Assembly: GCA_963813025.1 (NCBI GenBank)
Contig: CAWEXO010000014.1
Location: 96,001-160,000, forward strand
Direction: 5' to 3'
Length of the DNA: 64,000 nucleotides
From: an uncultured Verrucomicrobiae bacterium
GTDB lineage: Bacteria; Verrucomicrobiota; Verrucomicrobiia; Chthoniobacterales; JAFAMB01
The notes under the pieces: generated by a model
Told to the model about the DNA's origin: nothing
The model's input: only the letters and a program-made list of their open reading frames with translations
Databases searched by the model: none
Made by a program: the position numbers and the translations under genes
Part shown: piece after piece, positions 59,700 through 64,000 of the stretch
Position numbering within the stretch: the stretch's first letter is position 1
How the letters are laid out: every line of letters begins with the position of its first letter

Positions 59700-60659
59700 C
59701 TATTCGGTGATCGCTCCGCCGCAGCTGGATCCGGTTCCGGCGGTACAACCGAAACAATGCGAGCCAGTGGCAATCTCTCTTCCGGCCAAGCTATCCACCT
59801 TGAGATCCCAGAGATATAACGGGCAATTCCCGGACAGCGGAAGCTTCAGCATTTGATTAAAGTCGCAGTCGTGAACTTCCCCGGTCCAACTGACGCTAAT
59901 GGTATTGCGACACATCAAACCTTCGACGGTTGCGGGATTAAAGGAAGAGACCAGCAAGTCGAGGTACTCCTGGTATTTACCCTGGTGTCGCAACCAGCTC
60001 GCAAAACGTGCAATCGGTAAATTTGTGATCGTATAAAGATTATTGAAAACGATTCCAAAATGTGTCGCTAGCTCACGCTTGTAGTCGGCCTCCAATTCTC
60101 GCTGTGGCCCTGGCAGAAAATCGCCGTTCGGATTATAGACGAGGTGCAGGGGCAGGGTCGGACGCCGGCCATATCCAAGTTGGTTGAGCAGTTGCAAGGC
60201 GGTGATGCTCGCGTCGAAGACACCTTCTCCGCGCTGTTCATTGACATTCTTGGGCTGGTAGCACGGCATGGAAGCAATCACCTCGACTTGATTTTCGGCG
60301 AGAAATTCAGCCGTGCCTTCGAAGCGGGGATCCAGAAGGATGCTCAGGTTGCAGCGATCGATCATCCGACGCCAATCTTCCAACGACCGCACCCGCTCGA
60401 CGAGGTACCGAAAATGCGGGATCATCTCGGGGGCGCCTCCAGTGATATCAACGGTCGGCAGGTCGGTCTCCGCCAGCCAATCGATAATCCGATCGATCGT
60501 CTCCCGGTTCATGATCTCTTTGCGTTTTGGACCGGCGTTTACGTGACAATGAATGCAGGTGAGGTCACAGAGTTTACCCACGTTGATTTGCAAGATCTGG
60601 GGCTGGGTTCGCCGCAAAGACAGTCCGTGCTTCGCCAGAGTGTAACGGAAACGATTCAT
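59700..60659 (-). CDS. arsS: ArsS-type radical SAM protein (DUF3641 C-terminus)
   Basis: LQINVGKLCDLTCIHCHV, DITGGAPE, LMCR, DCDFNQML, HCFGCTAGTGSSCGG. Confidence 0.85.
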   Translation of the reverse strand: MNRFRYTLAKHGLSLRRTQPQILQINVGKLCDLTCIHCHVNAGPKRKEIMNRETIDRIIDWLAETDLPTVDITGGAPEMIPHFRYLVERVRSLEDWRRMIDRCNLSILLDPRFEGTAEFLAENQVEVIASMPCYQPKNVNEQRGEGVFDASITALQLLNQLGYGRRPTLPLHLVYNPNGDFLPGPQRELEADYKRELATHFGIVFNNLYTITNLPIARFASWLRHQGKYQEYLDLLVSSFNPATVEGLMCRNTISVSWTGEVHDCDFNQMLKLPLSGNCPLYLWDLKVDSLAGREIATGSHCFGCTAGTGSSCGGAITE

Positions 60660-60666
60660 CGGCGCG

Positions 60667-61065
60667 TTACGATGCCGAATCGTCTTGGTCCGAAGGGCGC
60701 GCAATGTTGAGAGGACGCATTCCCGTGGTCGTATCAAGAAGACAAAGCCGTGTGCCGAATGGATCTCTTATTACGGCACATTTCCCCACCGTAATGTCGA
60801 AAGGGGGAACGAGTACTTGGCACCCTTGTGCTGCATATTGTGAAATGGCAGAGACAACATCATCGACCAGGTAATAGACTTCGACTGACGAGGGAATATT
60901 TGGGTCACAGTGAAGTACAATTTCAGCGTCGCTCTCCGGAAAGACGAGACCTATCGAACTATCTCCGCTCCACTGGGGATGCAGACCGAAGACCGTTGCA
61001 TAGTATGCCGCAGCCGCGGTAACTTCCTCCACACGGATCATGATACAGTCAATCTTTCGCAACAT
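60667..61065 (-). CDS. VOC/glyoxalase family protein
   Basis: YYATVFGL, YLVDDV, PPFDI.VG, RDPFG. Confidence 0.85.
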   Translation of the reverse strand: MLRKIDCIMIRVEEVTAAAAYYATVFGLHPQWSGDSSIGLVFPESDAEIVLHCDPNIPSSVEVYYLVDDVVSAISQYAAQGCQVLVPPFDITVGKCAVIRDPFGTRLCLLDTTTGMRPLNIARPSDQDDSAS

Positions 61066-61357
61066 TTTCGTTCCTTATAAGCTATCTTCTCCTGTCTGCC
61101 TAGCGCGGATCCCAGAGCAAGCGTCGAGGCTCTCCGCCGTTTTAGTTGTCAGATTTGTGCAGGATAAAGAGGGGAGTTCTGATCGATGGCTGATACCCAT
61201 GTGGTTAGCCAGGCAGACACCGTCATTCAATACCAACGGACCCACAAGGGCATGAGGTGGACTGTGGCTCCGCTTAATGCTGAGCTGTGGCGATGCTCAG
61301 ACACTTGCACTCAGCCGCTCAGACCGCTCAAGCCGCTCAGACCGGTCAGCCCGGTGT

Positions 61358-61653
61358 CTATGCGCTGAATCGTCCGTCAATCATCAAGTTCGCACCGGTG
61401 ACGTAAGCGGCTTCGGGTCCCGCGAGATAGGCCACCATCCCGGCGATCTCTTCGACGGTGCCATAGCGCGGCAGGGCAGTTACCTTCTTGAGCATCTCGG
61501 CAAACTCCCCGTTGTCGGGATTCAATTCCGTATTTACCGGCCCTGGTTGCACATTATTGATCGTGATTCCGCGGGACCCCAGGTCGCGTGCAAGCCCTTG
61601 CACCACCCCTGCAGCGCGGATTTGCTCATCGCATAGACGCCGCCGCCGGCGAA
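61358..61653 (-). pseudogene. SDR oxidoreductase C-terminal remnant
   Basis: FAGGGVYAMSKSALQG (YxxxK), frameshift, then LARDLG..GITINNVQPGPVNT...YVTGA...IDG. The N-terminal half is absent. Confidence 0.8.
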
Positions 61654-61776
61654 GACTCGTTCGAGCCGGACGATGGAGTTGCCATAGCCAAGACGGCTCA
61701 AACAAGTTCTCGCTGACGCTCGAATGAATTTTCGCCCTGCCGAAGCAGGCCAAGGCCATGTTGCGAGACAATCTCT
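61650..61776 (-). repeat. Family A element truncated at the SDR junction
   Basis: One full arm plus AGAGATTGTCTCGCAA end; second arm stops at ...aacgagtcttcgc. Confidence 0.8.
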
Positions 61777-61837
61777 TAAGCTTGGCCATCGACCGCATGT
61801 GTTGAGTCTAATGTTCCGCTTTTCAACAAAGTTTAGC

Positions 61838-61864
61838 TGTCACATCAGAAGGATTTGATCCGTC
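61838..61864 (+). promoter_or_regulatory. ECF41 (SigJ-type) promoter
   Basis: TGTCACA-N16-CGTC, the known ECF41 consensus, upstream of a CMD-family gene. Confidence 0.8.
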
Positions 61865-61913
61865 ATTACTGTGACGAAACATTGGTGTGATGTAACCGAC
61901 GAGGAGAGATTCT

Positions 61914-62534
61914 ATGAATAGCACAGCGACCGTAACAGGAGGAACGGATGCAGGTACATTTCTTCCTCCGATCGAGAAACCCAAAGGGCTCATGATGAAA
62001 TTGGCGTATTACTTCACGCGCCAACAATTCGGCAAGGTACTTACACCTCTGAAAGTGCATTCCGCGCGGCTGCCCTCCGCGTTTGGCATGTTCTATTCAA
62101 AGGTAGCGCAGCTGGACAAAAAACTGATGCTGCCAGCGGAGACGGCAATGCTTATTCGGGAACAGGTAGCCCGGATCAATGTTTGTCTATTCTGTATGGA
62201 TATTGGTCGGGCGTTCACGATCAAAGCATCGATGAATCAGGCGAAATTCGACGCGCTGGAGCAATACGGCACAAGCCCTCTTTTCAACGAGGCGGAACGC
62301 GCGGCGCTCGATTATGTGACGCGGCTGACAAAGGACAAAAAGGTGGATCCAGAAACGTTTACTCGCATGGCTCGCTACTATTCCGAACGGGAGATCTGCG
62401 AGATCGTCTGGCTGGTCGCCAGCGAACACCTTTACAATATGACCAATATCGGACTGAACATCCATTCCGACATGCTTTGTGACATTACGAAAAGAGCTGG
62501 TAACGGCAGTCGAAAGATGTCCGGCAACCACTGA
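61914..62534 (+). CDS. Carboxymuconolactone decarboxylase/AhpD-family protein
   Basis: VARINVCLFCMD (CxxC), SPLFNEAERAALDY...LT. Confidence 0.85.
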   Translation: MNSTATVTGGTDAGTFLPPIEKPKGLMMKLAYYFTRQQFGKVLTPLKVHSARLPSAFGMFYSKVAQLDKKLMLPAETAMLIREQVARINVCLFCMDIGRAFTIKASMNQAKFDALEQYGTSPLFNEAERAALDYVTRLTKDKKVDPETFTRMARYYSEREICEIVWLVASEHLYNMTNIGLNIHSDMLCDITKRAGNGSRKMSGNH

Positions 62535-62555
62535 AAGGTTATAGAATCGGCATCC

Positions 62556-62955
62556 TTGCCGCTCACCGAACTTGAAACCCTGGCTCCCGCCGAACGGGTT
62601 GCGTTCGTGCTCTACGACATGTTCGAAATACCCTTCGAGGAGATTGCCTCCATTGTGGGGCGCTCTCCAGCGGCAACAAGGAAACTGGCGAGTCGAGCGC
62701 GGCGCCGGGTACGGGGAAAGGCAATGGTTTCCGGAGATTCGTGGTGCTGCCGCGATAGCTAAGGCGGTCGAATGGCGTGCGACGAGCGCCGGACCTGCTT
62801 TGGTGAATGGCGCCGTTGGAATTGTTGTGGCTCCGCGCGGACGACTCCTGCTGGCGCTCTGCCTCAAGATGAAGGGCGAAAAAATTGTCGAGATCGAGGT
62901 GATCGGCGAGCCCGAGCGCTTGCGCCAGCTCGATCTGGCTGTGCTCGATGACTGA
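62556..62955 (+). pseudogene. ECF41/SigJ sigma factor remnant (region 4 plus partial SnoaL-like extension)
   Basis: LAPAERVAFVL.DMF..PFEEIA.IVGRSPAATRKLASRARRRV; after a frame change ALVNGAVG...IVEIEVI..PERL. Region 2 is missing. Confidence 0.8.
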
Positions 62956-63024
62956 TGAACCGAGTCCGCGAAGTTTTCAGTTGCACTCCTTTCCGAACGC
63001 ACGCATTAGTACAATTCTTCGAAA

Positions 63025-63101
<77 letters not shown>

Positions 63102-63172
63102 CTCTTAGCTCTCCTCGTACCGAGGGGGTACTCGCTGGACGGCTACTTGCGAGTGTTTGCGGCATCAGCTAA

Positions 63173-63814
63173 ATGCAGGGAAATAACCCTGAAATGCCCG
63201 ATTTTTCGGTCGTCACCCCGTTTCGGGGCGACTTCCCTCAACAGCGCCTTGACCAGGGCCAGTCGCAAAAACCTTCCAATTATTAACATTGACGAACTCA
63301 TCCCAGAGGAGGCGGCGAAGCAGGATGACATAAAAATCCTTACCAGGATCGCTTCCAACAACGAGGAGGCCGGAAAACTGGATGCTCAGCTGGTGTAGCA
63401 TGGATCGGGTAAGAGGTTTTACCAATCGTCGCGAGTCAACCCGCAAACTGGAATCGCAAAAAGGCCGAGGAGCTCGCGACGACAATGTTGAAAGGTGACC
63501 CTAAACTAAAGGCGTTCTTCGTCGCAAAGGATGACATGGCACTGGGAGTAGTTAGCGCGGTGAAAACGGCGGGCGCGATCGGAAAGATAGTCGTAGTGAG
63601 TGTGGATGGAATCCCGGGTGCCATCGATGCGCTAAAGCAGGGTCTGCTCACTGGGACTGTGGCACAGTACCCAGATGCCATGGCCTACATGGCCGTTGAG
63701 ACGTTGGTCAAAAAACTGAACGGTGAGACAGTGCCGCAAAACATCTATGCGCCCATCAAACTCATCACTAAGGACAATATGTCGGATGCCGGCAAATATT
63801 ACAAAGACGAGTAG
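63173..63814 (+). pseudogene. Decayed RbsB-like sugar ABC substrate-binding protein
   Basis: Fragments LPIINID...IASNNEEAG (stop) and ANWNRKKA...DDMALG...VDG...TVAQYP; no N-terminus; internal deletion. Confidence 0.7.
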
Positions 63815-63823
63815 AGCACGGTT

Positions 63824-64000
63824 ATGAATCCTATCGGAATACACTTCGGGTACTGGGCCCAGTACTGGGAGGTGGAGCCTCTCCCCTTTGTCCAAAAAGC
63901 TCAACAATGCGGCTTTGACGTGCTGGAGGTGCGCGCCCAGAAAATCGCCCGCATGAGCCCCGCCGAGCGCGACAGGCTCAAAGGGGCAGCGGCCGATGCT
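63824..64000 (+). CDS. Sugar isomerase/epimerase, D-psicose/D-tagatose 3-epimerase-like (runs off the right edge)
   Basis: Manual translation MNPIGIHFGYWAQYWEVEPLPFVQKAQQCGFDVLEV. Confidence 0.7.
   Translation, partial: MNPIGIHFGYWAQYWEVEPLPFVQKAQQCGFDVLEVRAQKIARMSPAERDRLKGAAADA

Noticed and set aside
59700..60659. Selenoprotein ArsS or an arsenosugar cluster
   Set aside because: The C-terminus is GSSC with no in-frame TGA, and no arsM or other ars genes are adjacent.

Overview
A 64-kb bacterial chromosome segment of moderately high GC. Gene content and repeat style suggest Verrucomicrobiota (Chthoniobacterales-like); this is an inference. It holds housekeeping and metabolic genes (ychF, trpA, dps, fdhD, queE/queD, infA, carA, murJ, Glu dehydrogenase, treS-mak, panC, nadB, a Zn/Mn ABC transporter, kdgK-eda, an ArsS-type radical SAM enzyme, initiator tRNA-Met). 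It also has a type II secretion cluster (gspG-H-I-J-K-L-M-C-like-D, no gspE/F here) and a transglutaminase/DUF2126 pair. I found no CRISPR array, integrase, transposase or phage genes. Most notable: (1) mobA is split by an exact head-to-tail dimer of a 122-bp element bounded by CT. (2) A diadenylate-cyclase-like protein is tightly coupled to a YcaQ-type DNA glycosylase and carA. (3) An active Deg/HtrA protease is paired with a triad-dead paralogue. (4) Two His-box proteins lacking a working ATP-binding domain lie near a response regulator. (5) There is a dense set of palindromic intergenic repeat families, some nested and some causing deletions. (6) A perfect ECF41 promoter sits next to a decayed ECF41 sigma gene. 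Several single-base frameshifts in conserved genes look like sequencing or consensus errors. All calls come from reading motifs by eye; no database searches were run.
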